Shown: positions 38,818 to 49,645, counted from the first letter of the stretch. The stretch: DNA of 64,000 nucleotides from Spirochaetia bacterium (GCA_965203055.1 OZ241863.1:2208001-2272000); one strand, 5' to 3'. The notes: generated from the sequence alone by a model not told the origin. Program-made: numbers and translations.

Positions 38818-40869
38818 ATGACCTTGATCTGTCGAGTAGCGCTGGCCGCGGGGCTGGCGGCGCTGGCCGCCGGCACGGCGTTCGGCGGCGGCGCGGAGGA
38901 GCAGTCCGGGGCGCAGGCGGGCGCCGAGGCCGCGGCGGCCGCCTCCGGCCTGGAGGTGCTGGTGCCGGGACGCACCGTAGTATGGGGCTCGCAGGCCGCC
39001 TTCGAGGCCGACACCGGCAAGCGGCTGCCGGCCTTTACCGAAGCGCCGGCGCTGGCCGCGCTGGTGGCCGCCGGCGACCTGCCGCCGGTGGAGGATCGGC
39101 TGCCGGACGAGGTGGTGGTCGTCGACCCGCTCGATGAGATGGGCGTGTACGGCGGCGAATACCGCGCCGCAACCACCACGCCCGGGTGCTGCGGCGACTT
39201 CGAAGTGATGTTCACCCGCTTCCAGAACCTGCTCACGGTCAATCCGGAGATCGACGCCACGCTGCCCAACGCGGTGCTCGACTGGGACCTGACCGAGGAC
39301 TTCAGGACCTTGACCCTGACGCTGCGCAACAACATGAAGTGGAGCGACGGCGCGCCGTTCACGGCCGACGACTTCCTGTTCTGGTGGGAGGACTTCACCA
39401 CCAACGACCAGCTCAGCGACGCGGTCAACGTGGCCTGGAAGCCGGGCGGCACGCCGATGACCGTGACCAAGGTGAACGACACCACGGTGCGGATGCAGTT
39501 CGCGGCGCCCTACCCCATCGTGGTGGACAAGATCGCCTTCTCTCCCTACGCCCGCAACCGGGCGACGTTTCCGGTCACCCCCAAGCACTACCTGAGCCGG
39601 TTCCACGCCGATTACAACGCCGAGGCCGACGCCAACGCCAAGGCGGCCGGCTTCGAGGACTGGACGCAGCAGTTCCTGTCGATTCTCGCCGGCGAGTCGG
39701 ACAATCGGAACGACGTCGACTTCCCCACCATCGAGGGTTGGGACTTGGCCCGCGAAGATGAATTCGGCAGCCGCTTCTTCCACCGCAACCCCTACTACTG
39801 GAAGGTGGACAGCGCCGGCCGGCAGCTCCCCTATTTGGACAGCATGGCGCGGATTCTGGTGGAGAACCGCGAGGTGGCGGAGTTGAAGACCATCGCCGGC
39901 GAGTTTCACACCGGACGCGCCCACCTGCAGCTCAAGAACTGGACCCTGTACAAGGAGAACGAGGCCCAGGGCGGGTATCGGGCGCTGCTGTGGAACTCTC
40001 CGGTAGGCAACGAAATGCGCTTCGCCTTCAACCAGCTCTACGAGGACGACCCGGTGCTGCGCGGCCTGTTCCGGGATCTCCGCTTCCGGCAGGCGATGTC
40101 GCTGGCCATCAACCGCGGCGAGATCAACGACCTGGTGTTCTTCGGGCGCGCCGTGCCGAGTCAGGTGGCGCCGCCGCCGCTGGCCACCTACCACGAGCCG
40201 TGGATGACCTCCCACTTCGCCGCCTACGACCTCGACCAGGCGAATGCGCTCCTCGACGAAATCGGCTTGGCCTGGGACGAAAATCGCCAGTGGCGGACCC
40301 GTCCCGACGGCGCCACCCTCAGCCTGCTGCTGGAGTACTACAACCGCGGGGACCGTAAGCCGATCTTCGAGCTGGTCAAGGAGTACTGGGAAGCGGTCGG
40401 CGTCCAAATCACGCTGAAGGAACAGGAGGATCGGCTCTATTCGACGCGCAACGCGACCGGCCTGGTGCAGGTGGCCCATCACCCGGCGCATCTGACCACC
40501 GACGTAGGCTTCGCGTTGCGCGAGGCCGGCCAGTTCCGTCCCGGCGACATCACCAACAACGGCTGGGACGAGTGGTGGACCTCTGGCGGCGCCTCCGGCA
40601 CGCCGCCGCCGCAGGAGGCGCAGGAGATCTACGCGCTGCTCGACCGCTACCTGCAGACCCCGTTGTTCACTCCGGAGTCGACCGCAATCGGCAATGAGTA
40701 TTCCGCCCGGATGGTGCGCCAGCTCTACGGGATCGGCACCGTATCGCAGGCCCCGGTGCCGGTGATCGTGCGCAACGACCTGCGCAACGTGCCCGACGTG
40801 GACTGGTGGTGGCCGGAGGGCCGCTGGTTCAACAACACCATCCCGGAACAGTGGTTCATCCGCCAATAG
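38818..40869 (+). CDS. ABC importer substrate-binding protein, family 5
   Basis: Signal peptide, LPPVEDRLP, KWSDGAPFTADD, RNPYYWKVD, FRQAMSLAINR. Confidence 0.9.
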   Translation: MTLICRVALAAGLAALAAGTAFGGGAEEQSGAQAGAEAAAAASGLEVLVPGRTVVWGSQAAFEADTGKRLPAFTEAPALAALVAAGDLPPVEDRLPDEVVVVDPLDEMGVYGGEYRAATTTPGCCGDFEVMFTRFQNLLTVNPEIDATLPNAVLDWDLTEDFRTLTLTLRNNMKWSDGAPFTADDFLFWWEDFTTNDQLSDAVNVAWKPGGTPMTVTKVNDTTVRMQFAAPYPIVVDKIAFSPYARNRATFPVTPKHYLSRFHADYNAEADANAKAAGFEDWTQQFLSILAGESDNRNDVDFPTIEGWDLAREDEFGSRFFHRNPYYWKVDSAGRQLPYLDSMARILVENREVAELKTIAGEFHTGRAHLQLKNWTLYKENEAQGGYRALLWNSPVGNEMRFAFNQLYEDDPVLRGLFRDLRFRQAMSLAINRGEINDLVFFGRAVPSQVAPPPLATYHEPWMTSHFAAYDLDQANALLDEIGLAWDENRQWRTRPDGATLSLLLEYYNRGDRKPIFELVKEYWEAVGVQITLKEQEDRLYSTRNATGLVQVAHHPAHLTTDVGFALREAGQFRPGDITNNGWDEWWTSGGASGTPPPQEAQEIYALLDRYLQTPLFTPESTAIGNEYSARMVRQLYGIGTVSQAPVPVIVRNDLRNVPDVDWWWPEGRWFNNTIPEQWFIRQ

Positions 40870-40884
40870 CGCGGCGCTGAAGAC

Positions 40885-40918
40885 CATGGGCCGCCCGCCG
40901 GCCGGCGGGCGGCCCATG
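40885..40918. terminator. Perfect 34-bp palindrome between SBP and permease genes (hairpin)
   Basis: catgggccgcccgccgg|ccggcgggcggcccatg. Confidence 0.65.
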
Positions 40919-40924
40919 CCGTAA

Positions 40925-41914
40925 ATGCTCAACTACTTCCTGCGGCGTTCGTTCTACCTGCTGCTCACCCTGGCGCTGGTGTCGGTGGTGGCGTTCGTGC
41001 TGATCCAGCTCCCGCCCGGCGACTACCTCACCACCTACGTCATTCAACTCGAAAACCAGGGATCGACCGTGTCCGAGGCGGAGCTGGCGGGCCTGCGGCG
41101 CCAGTTCGGGCTCGACCAGCCCGTGCTGGTGCAGTACCTGCGGTGGATCTGGAACATCGTCAGCCGCGGCAACTTCGGGCGCTCGCTGCTCTGGAACGTG
41201 GCGGTGAGCGAGCTGATCTGGGAGCGCATGGGGTGGACCATGGTGGTCGCCCTGGGCTCGCTGCTGTTCACCTACGCGGCGGCGATTCCGATCGGCATCT
41301 ACTCGGCGCTGCACAAGTATTCGGCGTTCGACTTTTCGTTCACCGTAGTCGGCTACGTCGGCCTGGCGACGCCCAACTTCTTTCTCGCCCTGTTGCTGAT
41401 GTATCTCGGCTTCAAGGTGTTTGGACAGAGCGTCGGGGGATTGTTCTCGCCCGCCTACGCCGACGCTCCGTGGAGCATCGGCAAGCTGCTGGATCTGCTG
41501 TCTCACCTGTGGGTGCCGGTGGTGGTGCTCGGCACCGCCGGCACGGCGTCGATCATCCGCGTGATGCGCGGCATGCTGCTCGACGAGCTCAAGAAGCAGT
41601 ACGTGGTGACCGCCCGCGCCAAGGGGCTGGCGGAGCGGCGGCTGGTGTTCCGCTATCCGGTGCGCATCGCACTCAATCCGATCGTGGCCACGATCGGCTG
41701 GCAGCTCGCCGCCATCATCTCGGGAGCGCCGATCGTCGGCGTGGTGCTGAGCCTGCCCACCACCGGCGCCCTGATGCTGCGCGCCCTGCTGAGCCAGGAC
41801 ATGCTGCTCGCCGGCGCCTTCATCCTGCTGCTGAGCGCGCTGACCGTGGTCGGCACCTTCATCTCCGACCTGCTGCTGGCGGCGCTCGATCCGCGCATTC
41901 GGCTGGAGCAATGA
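40925..41914 (+). CDS. Dpp/Opp-type ABC permease (B)
   Basis: GLDQP, YVVTARAKGL, LDPRIR. Confidence 0.9.
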   Translation: MLNYFLRRSFYLLLTLALVSVVAFVLIQLPPGDYLTTYVIQLENQGSTVSEAELAGLRRQFGLDQPVLVQYLRWIWNIVSRGNFGRSLLWNVAVSELIWERMGWTMVVALGSLLFTYAAAIPIGIYSALHKYSAFDFSFTVVGYVGLATPNFFLALLLMYLGFKVFGQSVGGLFSPAYADAPWSIGKLLDLLSHLWVPVVVLGTAGTASIIRVMRGMLLDELKKQYVVTARAKGLAERRLVFRYPVRIALNPIVATIGWQLAAIISGAPIVGVVLSLPTTGALMLRALLSQDMLLAGAFILLLSALTVVGTFISDLLLAALDPRIRLEQ

Positions 41915-43017
41915 GCCGCGCGCGCCGCCGGTACGATCCGGAGCAGCTATTCCTTGCCTCCCAGTACCAGCTCATGTGGCAGCGGTTCCGCCGCCACCGG
42001 CTGGCCATCGCCGGCGGCGTGGTACTCGGTCTGTTGTACCTGATCGGCATATTCTGCGAGGTGGTGGCGCCCTACGCCATCCGCACCCGCTTTTCCGACC
42101 TGCCGCTGGCGCCGCCGCAGCGCATCCACTTCATCCACGACGGCCGCTTCCAACTGCGCCCGTTCGTGTACGACTTCACGCTGGTGGAGGATCCGGTTAC
42201 CTGGCGCAAGTCATACGGCGAGGACCGCCGCGCCCGCCGCCCGATCTACCTGTTCGAGGCGGGCGACGAGTACCTGTTCTGGGGGTTGTTTCCCGCCCGC
42301 CTGCACCTGTTTTCGGTCCGGGAAGGGACGCTGCTGCTGCTGGGCACCGACGAGATCGGGCGCGACGTATTCAGCCGGCTGGTGTGCGGCGCGCGCGTGT
42401 CGCTGTCGGTGGGATTGATCGGGGTGCTGCTGAGCTTCGTTCTGGGACTTGGCATCGGGGGAGTATCGGGCTACTTCGGCGGCGCGGTGGACAACCTGAT
42501 TCAACGCGGCATCGAATTTCTGCGCTCCATTCCCGTCCTGCCGCTGTGGATGGCGCTGGCCGCCGCCCTGCCGCCGCAGTGGCCGGCGCTGCGCGTCTAC
42601 TTCGGCATCACCATCATCCTGTCGCTGATCGGATGGACCGGCCTGGCGCGGGTGGTGCGCAGCAAGCTGCTCAGTCTGCGCGAGGAAGACTTCGTGATGG
42701 CCGCGCGCGTGGCCGGCACCAGCGCCGCGCGGATCATCGCCGGGCACCTGATCCCATCGTTTCTCAGCTACGTGATCGTGGCGCTGACCCTGGCGATCCC
42801 GGAGATGATCCTGGCCGAGACCGCCTTGAGCTTCCTCGGTCTGGGCCTGCGCCCGCCGGTGGTGAGCTGGGGCGTGCTGCTCGGCGAGGCGCAGAACATC
42901 CACACCGTCGCCCTGGCGCCGTGGCTGATGCTGCCGGGCGCGTTCATCATCATCACCGTGCTGGCGTTCAACCTGCTTGGCGACGGGCTACGCGACGCCG
43001 CCGATCCCTACCAGTAG
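41911..43017 (+). CDS. Dpp/Opp-type ABC permease (C)
   Basis: LGTDEIGRD, REEDFVMAAR, FNLLGDGLRDAADP. Confidence 0.9.
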   Translation: MSRARRRYDPEQLFLASQYQLMWQRFRRHRLAIAGGVVLGLLYLIGIFCEVVAPYAIRTRFSDLPLAPPQRIHFIHDGRFQLRPFVYDFTLVEDPVTWRKSYGEDRRARRPIYLFEAGDEYLFWGLFPARLHLFSVREGTLLLLGTDEIGRDVFSRLVCGARVSLSVGLIGVLLSFVLGLGIGGVSGYFGGAVDNLIQRGIEFLRSIPVLPLWMALAAALPPQWPALRVYFGITIILSLIGWTGLARVVRSKLLSLREEDFVMAARVAGTSAARIIAGHLIPSFLSYVIVALTLAIPEMILAETALSFLGLGLRPPVVSWGVLLGEAQNIHTVALAPWLMLPGAFIIITVLAFNLLGDGLRDAADPYQ

Positions 43018-43842
43018 ATGGAGCGCGACGCCGCGCGGCCGCACTGGTCGTTCGATCCTGACCCCGCCGGCCAGCCGCGCTTTGCGGCCGCGCTGCAGGA
43101 TGCCTTGGCTGACCGGCCGGCGGGCGGGCGCGTGGACCCGGCGCTGCGCCGCTACGACGTACTGCCCAACTACCCGGCCGGCCGGGCGCCGGCCGCGCCG
43201 GCCGCCGGCGCTCCCCTGCCGATCGGAACGGCCGTGATCAGCCGCCGCGCGGCCGCGGACGGCAGCGCGCGCTACCGGGTTGCGCACGGCAACGCCGCCA
43301 GCGGCGAGCAGGTGACGCTGCGGTTCCGAACCACCGGCGATCCGCTGCCGCGGCTGGCCGGCGAATGGCAGGTGACGGCGGCCAACCGCGCAGGTGACCG
43401 GTACCGCGGGGTGCGCTGCGCCGGAGCGGCGACCGTGAGCCGCGGGCGCCGGGTGATTACGCTGGCCGTCAACGGCGTACCGATGCGTACCGGGGAGGTC
43501 GACGCGGCGCTGCCGCTGACCTGCTGGTGGGCGCTGTTCGACGGGTTGCCGGCGATCGCGCGCGGCGCCGCGCCGGGTGGTCCGTTCGCGCTGCTGGAAG
43601 ACCTGGAAAAGCTGCGCGCGCCGTGCACCGTGCGCCCGCTCGCCGGACCGGCGGTGGAGGTGGCCGGGCGGCGGTTGCGCGGTTACTGCCAGCACGGCGC
43701 CGGCATGCTGCCGAGCTACTGGTGGATAGACGACCATGACGTGGTGCGCATCGTGGCCAGCGTGTACCACACGCTGGCGCTGCGCGCCGGCGGCGCACCG
43801 CGGCCGGACGAGGCGCCCGCCGCGCCGGCGGCACGGCCATGA
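43018..43842 (+). CDS. Hypothetical protein
   Basis: Fills operon gap exactly between permease stop and sulfatase start. Confidence 0.6.
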   Translation: MERDAARPHWSFDPDPAGQPRFAAALQDALADRPAGGRVDPALRRYDVLPNYPAGRAPAAPAAGAPLPIGTAVISRRAAADGSARYRVAHGNAASGEQVTLRFRTTGDPLPRLAGEWQVTAANRAGDRYRGVRCAGAATVSRGRRVITLAVNGVPMRTGEVDAALPLTCWWALFDGLPAIARGAAPGGPFALLEDLEKLRAPCTVRPLAGPAVEVAGRRLRGYCQHGAGMLPSYWWIDDHDVVRIVASVYHTLALRAGGAPRPDEAPAAPAARP

Positions 43843-45272
43843 GCGGGCGGCCCAACATCCTGTTCATCAGCACCGACCAGCACACCTGGGACGCGCTGTC
43901 CGCGTACGGCAACCGCTGGGTGAGCACCCCGCACCTCGACCGGCTGGCGGCGTCCGGCACCTCGTTCATGCGTTCCTACTGCACCGACCCGGTGTGCGCT
44001 CCGGCGCGTACGAGCTGGGCGACGGGGCGCTACACCTCGGAAGCCGGCGTGCCGTTCAACGGCGGCCGGCTCCACGCCCACCTCCCGGACCTGGGACAGC
44101 TCCTGCGCGCCGGCGGCTACGGCGCGTACCACGCCGGCAAGTGGCACGTCGAGGGGCGCGACGTCACCGGCAGCTTCGACACGCTCTACTTCGGGGCGCG
44201 CCGCATCCTCGCCGGCACCGGCGAGTTCTACGACCCCGCCACCACCCACGCCGCGCTGCAGTTCCTCACCGGCTACGACGGCGCGCGGCCCTTCTATCTG
44301 CAGCTCGGGTTCGTGAATCCGCACGACGTGTGCGAGCACTGGCGCTACCACGCGGAGCGGGAAACGCCCGACCCGGTGGCCCAGGGCATCCTGCGCGAGG
44401 AGGAGCTGCCGCCGCTGCCGGACAACTTCCACTACGATCCGCAGGAAACGCTGCTGCAGCGGGTAGCGCGGCGGGACGACGATTGCCTGATCCACTGGAA
44501 CATCCTGCGCCGCGTGCGAAAGTTCTCCGCGCTGCAGTGGCGTTACCTGGCGTGGAGCCTGTACCGCTTCGTCGAGAAGGTGGACGCCGAGATCGGCCTG
44601 GTGCTGGACGCGCTGGACGCCAGCCGCTGGCGCGACGACACCATCGTGATCTTCAGCGCCGACCACGGCGAAGCGGCCGGCCGGCACCGGATGTTCCAGA
44701 AGTTCACCCTGTACGAGGAGAGCGTGCGCACGCCGCTGGTGGTGGCCACCCTCGGCGACCGGTTGCCGGTGGCGAAGGGCCGGCGCCTCGACCACCTGGT
44801 GTCCGGCGTCGACCTGCCCGCCACGGTGTGCGACTACGCCGGCATCCCCGCTCCCCCGCGCTGTCTCGGGCGCAGCCTGCGGCCCCTGGTCGAGGGCCGC
44901 GGTCTCCCGTGGCGGGACCGCGTCTACCTGGAGTCGAACTACTGGGGCCGCGCCCTGGTCACCGCCACCCACAAGTACGTGACCGAGTACCGGCCGAAGG
45001 CGGTAGAGGATTACGTGCCGCCGGGGCCGGACAGCGCCGAGCGCGGCCTGGAGCAGCTCTTCGACCTGCGGGCGGACCCCGGCGAAACCCGCAACCTCGC
45101 CGGCGCCCCGGCGCAGGCGGCGACCCTGGCCGAGCTGCGGGACGCGCTGGCTGCGGAGGAACGCCGCCTCGATCGGCGGCCGCTCGCGCCGGGCCGCCCG
45201 CGCGCGGTCGTCGACCAGTGGGGCGCCCGCCTCCGCCGGCGCTGGCAGGCTCACCGCCGGCCAGCGCGATGA
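43839..45272 (+). CDS. Sulfatase (Cys-type)
   Basis: PNILFISTDQ, CAPAR, AGKWH, FSADHG, LYEESVRTP. Confidence 0.9.
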   Translation: MSGRPNILFISTDQHTWDALSAYGNRWVSTPHLDRLAASGTSFMRSYCTDPVCAPARTSWATGRYTSEAGVPFNGGRLHAHLPDLGQLLRAGGYGAYHAGKWHVEGRDVTGSFDTLYFGARRILAGTGEFYDPATTHAALQFLTGYDGARPFYLQLGFVNPHDVCEHWRYHAERETPDPVAQGILREEELPPLPDNFHYDPQETLLQRVARRDDDCLIHWNILRRVRKFSALQWRYLAWSLYRFVEKVDAEIGLVLDALDASRWRDDTIVIFSADHGEAAGRHRMFQKFTLYEESVRTPLVVATLGDRLPVAKGRRLDHLVSGVDLPATVCDYAGIPAPPRCLGRSLRPLVEGRGLPWRDRVYLESNYWGRALVTATHKYVTEYRPKAVEDYVPPGPDSAERGLEQLFDLRADPGETRNLAGAPAQAATLAELRDALAAEERRLDRRPLAPGRPRAVVDQWGARLRRRWQAHRRPAR

Positions 45273-45332
45273 GGCTACCCGGCTGGTTCAACCTGCTGTC
45301 GTCGGACGGCTTTTACAACCGCGGCGAGCGCT

Positions 45333-46658
45333 CTACCCGCCGTCGGCGTCGAGGAGGAACCTCCAGATCGGCACCGCGTCGATGCGCCCGCCGCCGGCTT
45401 CGATCCGCTCCCGCTGGTTGCGGGTCACGAGCGTCGCGCTCATCACTCCCAGCTCCTCCATGGCCCGCGCCAGGGCGGCGAGTTCCCGCTTGCGCGTCTG
45501 CGGATGAGCGACCGACTCGCACACCTGCACCAGCAGCGGCGGGCGGCCGCGGCGCGGGACCACGAAGTCGACCTCCCGGCCCGTTCCGGTCCGGTAGTAG
45601 TAGATGCGCTCGTGCCGGCGCCGCAGGGCAGTGAACACCAGGTTCTCCAGGAAATGCCCCGAATTGACCAGAATGCCTGACGCCGCCGACGTGATCAGCG
45701 CGTGGTCGATGCAGTACACCTTCTTGGGATTGGCGTTCCGGCGCGCCGCCGAGGCGTCGAAGATCTGCACCGTGAACAGGAAATAGCAGTCCTCGAACCA
45801 CGCCAGATACTCTGCCACCGCCGCCTTGGGCACCTTGTGGCCGAGCGACTTGAGGTACCCGGTGAGGCTGTTCACGGTATAGAGCGACGCGGCGCAGTCC
45901 ACCAGCCGGTGGGCCAGGTCGGCGACCGCCCGCGGATGAGAAACGTCGTGGCGCTCCACCAGGTCCCGGAACAGGATGGCGTTGAAGTACTCCTGGTGAA
46001 TCCTGAGCCGCAGCTCCCGCCCCACGCCGGCCACCTCCGGAAAGCCTCCCCGCTCCCAGTACTCCTCGAAGGCGTTGGCGACTGCCAGGCGCCGTCCGGT
46101 CGACAGTTCACCCGCGCCGTCGATACCCCGGTAGTCGAGAAACTCACGGAACGAGAACGGGAATATCTCCCATGCCAGCGCCCGCCCCCGCATCTGAGTC
46201 GCGATCTCCCGCGACAACAGGTGCGCCGACGACCCGGTAAGGTAGACTTGGCATCGTTCGGTGCGCAGCAGGCGGTCCACGAACGGCTCCCAGCCGGGAA
46301 CCGCCTGAATCTCATCGAAGAAGCAGTGAACCGTCTCGACCTGTTTCTTCTGCGGGTAGAGCGAGAAGTAGGCATCGATGATCGCGCCCAGGCCGCCGTG
46401 CCGCAGATTGTGCAGCCGGTCATCGAACAGGTTCAGGTACAGGACGTTCTGCCGGGGGATGCCGCGCGCCGCCAGCCGCTCGATCAACTGGTACAGAAAG
46501 GTCGACTTGCCGCTGCGGCGCACGCCGATGCAGACGGTCGCCTTGCCGGGCACCGTCTCGACGCGCAGGCGCCGGGGCACGCCGGTCGCCGGCGCCGCCT
46601 CCTGAAAATCCAGGATCATCGCCTTGAGGGTATCTTGCAGGACGCCTGAATCGGTCAT
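45333..46658 (-). CDS. AAA_14 ATPase with DUF4143 domain
   Basis: GVRRSGKS, FDEIQ, LTGSS, GGFPE, KKVYCID, EVDF. Confidence 0.9.
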   Translation of the reverse strand: MTDSGVLQDTLKAMILDFQEAAPATGVPRRLRVETVPGKATVCIGVRRSGKSTFLYQLIERLAARGIPRQNVLYLNLFDDRLHNLRHGGLGAIIDAYFSLYPQKKQVETVHCFFDEIQAVPGWEPFVDRLLRTERCQVYLTGSSAHLLSREIATQMRGRALAWEIFPFSFREFLDYRGIDGAGELSTGRRLAVANAFEEYWERGGFPEVAGVGRELRLRIHQEYFNAILFRDLVERHDVSHPRAVADLAHRLVDCAASLYTVNSLTGYLKSLGHKVPKAAVAEYLAWFEDCYFLFTVQIFDASAARRNANPKKVYCIDHALITSAASGILVNSGHFLENLVFTALRRRHERIYYYRTGTGREVDFVVPRRGRPPLLVQVCESVAHPQTRKRELAALARAMEELGVMSATLVTRNQRERIEAGGGRIDAVPIWRFLLDADGG

Positions 46659-46744
46659 ATTTCTTACCGGATACTACCACAATCGGTAATAATGGTAACC
46701 GATCGTGACGGCCGGTAGCTGCTTGCCCCACGGTGTAGCCGGCT

Positions 46745-47062
46745 TCAGGCGCGCGGGCTCTCATGCGGGGCGCCGTCGAGTACGTACGCCATCAGTTCTG
46801 GCATGGTTCGCGTCCGGCTTGGCGACAGCCGCGCCACTTCGATCCGGACGGCGGCGCGGCAGGCGCCCTCGAACCAGTTGAGCAGCACGGTCTTGCCGTT
46901 GCCGCGCGGCCCGATCAGCGCCGCGTCGTGCGGCGGCGCCGCGCCGCCGAGCAGGTCCCCCAGACACTGCCTGAGCACCTCCTGTTCCCGCTCGCGCCCG
47001 GTCAGCGCCGGCGGAGCCGCGCCCGTCCCGGGCGTAAACAGGCGTCCCACCGTCGCCGTCAT
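46745..47062 (-). pseudogene. Internally deleted AAA_16-like ATPase (paralog of 25359)
   Basis: FTPGTGAAPPALTGRE and GPRGNGKTVLL joined directly to a C-terminal-like MPELMAYVL. Confidence 0.7.
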
Positions 47063-47113
47063 CGCGCCGAATCTGAGCTCGCGATCACCTGTTCCGGTTG
47101 AGCCGCTGCCCGG

Positions 47114-47413
47114 TCAGGATGCCTGACGAAGGGAAGATGCAGGACGAATGCGGTCGATGAGCCCGTGCCGATCCTTGGCGAGCTTGCGGAAATCGCACTC
47201 CACCTGAATTCCATGCCAGAACTGGTCCGACTGACTGAAGAAGGCGCCGAAGCGAATGGACATGGCCGGTGTAATCGACCGCCGGCCATGTACGATTTCA
47301 TTGATCGCGCGCGGAGCAACCCCTGTCGCGCGACTCATGGCGTTCTGAGAAATCCCCATCGGCTTGAGATATTCCTCAAGAAGAATCTCACCCGGTGTAA
47401 TCGGCTCGTCCAT
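47114..47413 (-). CDS. higA: HigA-family antitoxin (orphan)
   Basis: [31 protein letters not shown]. Confidence 0.85.
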   Translation of the reverse strand: MDEPITPGEILLEEYLKPMGISQNAMSRATGVAPRAINEIVHGRRSITPAMSIRFGAFFSQSDQFWHGIQVECDFRKLAKDRHGLIDRIRPASSLRQAS

Positions 47414-47635
47414 GGTAGTAAGCTCCCAACCGCCGCCGCCGGCAGCCTGCCGGCCAGTCCAGCGCGCGCGGCAATACGCAGCCCGATGCTCCGGATTATA
47501 TCTAATATGGCGGTCTCTTACGCGGCTGCCCCCCCGCAGCTCCCTGCTGACCGGTTGCTGACCTCACCCGCACGCACATGGGCGGTTGACAACCGGCGGT
47601 GGTCGGCCCAAGGTGGCGCGCGGAGTGCTGCGCCA

Positions 47636-48796
47636 ATGACCGATCCCAAGATCACCAAGCTCGAGATTCACGAGTTCCGCTACGAGGCGAAGGACCTGGG
47701 CTACGACGAGGATGGCTTCAACGTGGTGTACGAGCCGGGGGGCCGGCTGCCGTCCGGCGGCCACGTCCTGCGCCTGTTCACCGACACCGGCCCGGTGGGC
47801 GAGTGTCTCGCCGGCCGCGCGTCGGAGCTCTCCACCATCCCCCAGTTCTGGCACTACCTCAAGGGCAAGAGCGCCCTGCAGCGGGAGCGGATCAACGACG
47901 ACGTCAAGCGCGCCCTCCGGCAGAGCGCGCGCATCGGCGTGGCGCCGATCGACATCGCGCTGTGGGACATCGCCGGCAAGCTGTTCGACGTACCGATCTA
48001 CCGCCTGCTCGGCGGCTACAAGGAGTCGGTGCCCTGCTACGCGAGCACCTTCCACGGCGATGCGGCCGGCGGCCTGGACTGTCCCGAGGCGTACGCCGAC
48101 TTCGCCCGCCAGTGTCAGGAGATGGGCTACCCGGCGTTCAAGATTCACGGTTGGAGCAAGGCGCCGGTGGCGCAGGAAGCGGCCAACGTGCTGGCGGTGC
48201 GCGCCGCGGTCGGCGACGGCATGGACCTGATGCTCGATCCCGCATGCGAGCTGCGCACCTTCGGCGACGCGGTCAAGGTGGGCCGCGCCTGCGACGAGGC
48301 GCGCTTCTTCTGGTACGAGGATCCGTTCCGCGACGGCGGCATCTCCCAGTTCGCCCACCGCAAGCTGCGCCAGTTGATCAGGACGCCGCTGCTGCAGACC
48401 GAGCACGTGCGCTCCCTGGAGCCGCACATCGACTTCGTGGTGGCCGACGCCACCGACTACGTGCGCGGCGACGTCGGCTACGACGGCATCACCGGCGTGA
48501 TGAAGCTGGCCCACGCCGCCGAGTCGCTGGGCATCGACATCGAATTCCACGGCCCGAGCCCGGCGGCGCGGCAGTGCATGGCGGCAATCCGCAACACCAA
48601 CTACTACGAGATGGGACTGGTGCACCCCAAGGTGGCGGCGTCGCATGCCCCCGACCTGTACCAGGACCATCACGATTCGCTGGCCGCCATCGACCGCCGC
48701 GGCCACGTGCCGGTGGGCCAGACCCCGGGGCTGGGCGCGCAGATCGACTGGGACTGGGTGGCGGCCCACCGCACCGGCATCCGGACCTACGATTGA
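47636..48796 (+). CDS. Mandelate racemase/muconate lactonizing family enzyme
   Basis: IDIALWDIAGK, AFKIHGW, LMLDP, WYEDP, PGLG. Confidence 0.9.
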   Translation: MTDPKITKLEIHEFRYEAKDLGYDEDGFNVVYEPGGRLPSGGHVLRLFTDTGPVGECLAGRASELSTIPQFWHYLKGKSALQRERINDDVKRALRQSARIGVAPIDIALWDIAGKLFDVPIYRLLGGYKESVPCYASTFHGDAAGGLDCPEAYADFARQCQEMGYPAFKIHGWSKAPVAQEAANVLAVRAAVGDGMDLMLDPACELRTFGDAVKVGRACDEARFFWYEDPFRDGGISQFAHRKLRQLIRTPLLQTEHVRSLEPHIDFVVADATDYVRGDVGYDGITGVMKLAHAAESLGIDIEFHGPSPAARQCMAAIRNTNYYEMGLVHPKVAASHAPDLYQDHHDSLAAIDRRGHVPVGQTPGLGAQIDWDWVAAHRTGIRTYD

Positions 48797-48814
48797 AAGA
48801 CGGAGCAACGGCAG

Positions 48815-49645
48815 ATGAAGCACTCCAATTCTCACTCCAATTCAGTAGTCAGCGACCGCCAACGCGAGCAGTTCCGCGAGGAAGGATTGTGCATCCTGGA
48901 GCAGGTGATCGATCCCGAGACGGTGACCATGCTGCGCGAGGAGTGTTCCTACTTCCTGGGGTATCTCGACGCGGTCATGGACGAGCAGGGCGTGACCACC
49001 ATCGGCATCACCCACCGCGGCAGCCGCTACTTCATCGCCAACCGCTACCGCGCCAGCCGGCGTATGCGCGGCTTCCTGTTCGGGGAGCTGATGGCTGAAG
49101 TGACGCGCCGGCTGCTCGGCGGCGAGGTGTATCTGTTCAACGAGCAGTGGGTGGTCAAGGGCCCCGAGCAGGGCATGAAGTTCGCCTGGCACCAGGACTC
49201 CGGCTACGTCCGCACGCGCGACCCGAACGCCGCGCACCCGCCCTATCTGACCTGCTGGTGCGCCCTGGACGACGTAGACGAGTCCAACGGCACCGCCTAC
49301 GTGCTGCCCCACTCCCGCGGCGGCACGCGCAACACCATCTACCCGCACCGGCGCGAGGAGGGCAGCAACGACCTGATCGGCTACGACGGCGATGATCCGG
49401 GCGTGCCGGTGGTGGCCCCGGCCGGCAGCATCGCGGCCTTCAGCAGCTACAACCTGCATCGCAGCGGGGCCAACACCAGCCCCGGCATGCGGCGCGTCTA
49501 CCTGCCCCAGTACAGCAGCGCGCCGATCCGCGGCGGCGGCGGTGAGATGTGGGGCATGGCGGTGCCGTTTCTACGCGGCGGCCGGGTGGTGTACGAACCG
49601 GCGCAGGACACTCCCTCCCGCTACGGCCCGCGCCCGCGCGCGTGA
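48815..49645 (+). CDS. Phytanoyl-CoA dioxygenase (PhyH) family protein
   Basis: WHQD, CWCALDD..SNG, LHRSGAN, RR. Confidence 0.9.
   Translation: MKHSNSHSNSVVSDRQREQFREEGLCILEQVIDPETVTMLREECSYFLGYLDAVMDEQGVTTIGITHRGSRYFIANRYRASRRMRGFLFGELMAEVTRRLLGGEVYLFNEQWVVKGPEQGMKFAWHQDSGYVRTRDPNAAHPPYLTCWCALDDVDESNGTAYVLPHSRGGTRNTIYPHRREEGSNDLIGYDGDDPGVPVVAPAGSIAAFSSYNLHRSGANTSPGMRRVYLPQYSSAPIRGGGGEMWGMAVPFLRGGRVVYEPAQDTPSRYGPRPRA

Noticed and set aside
47414..47635. higB toxin upstream of higA
   Set aside because: No suitable ORF or recognisable remnant
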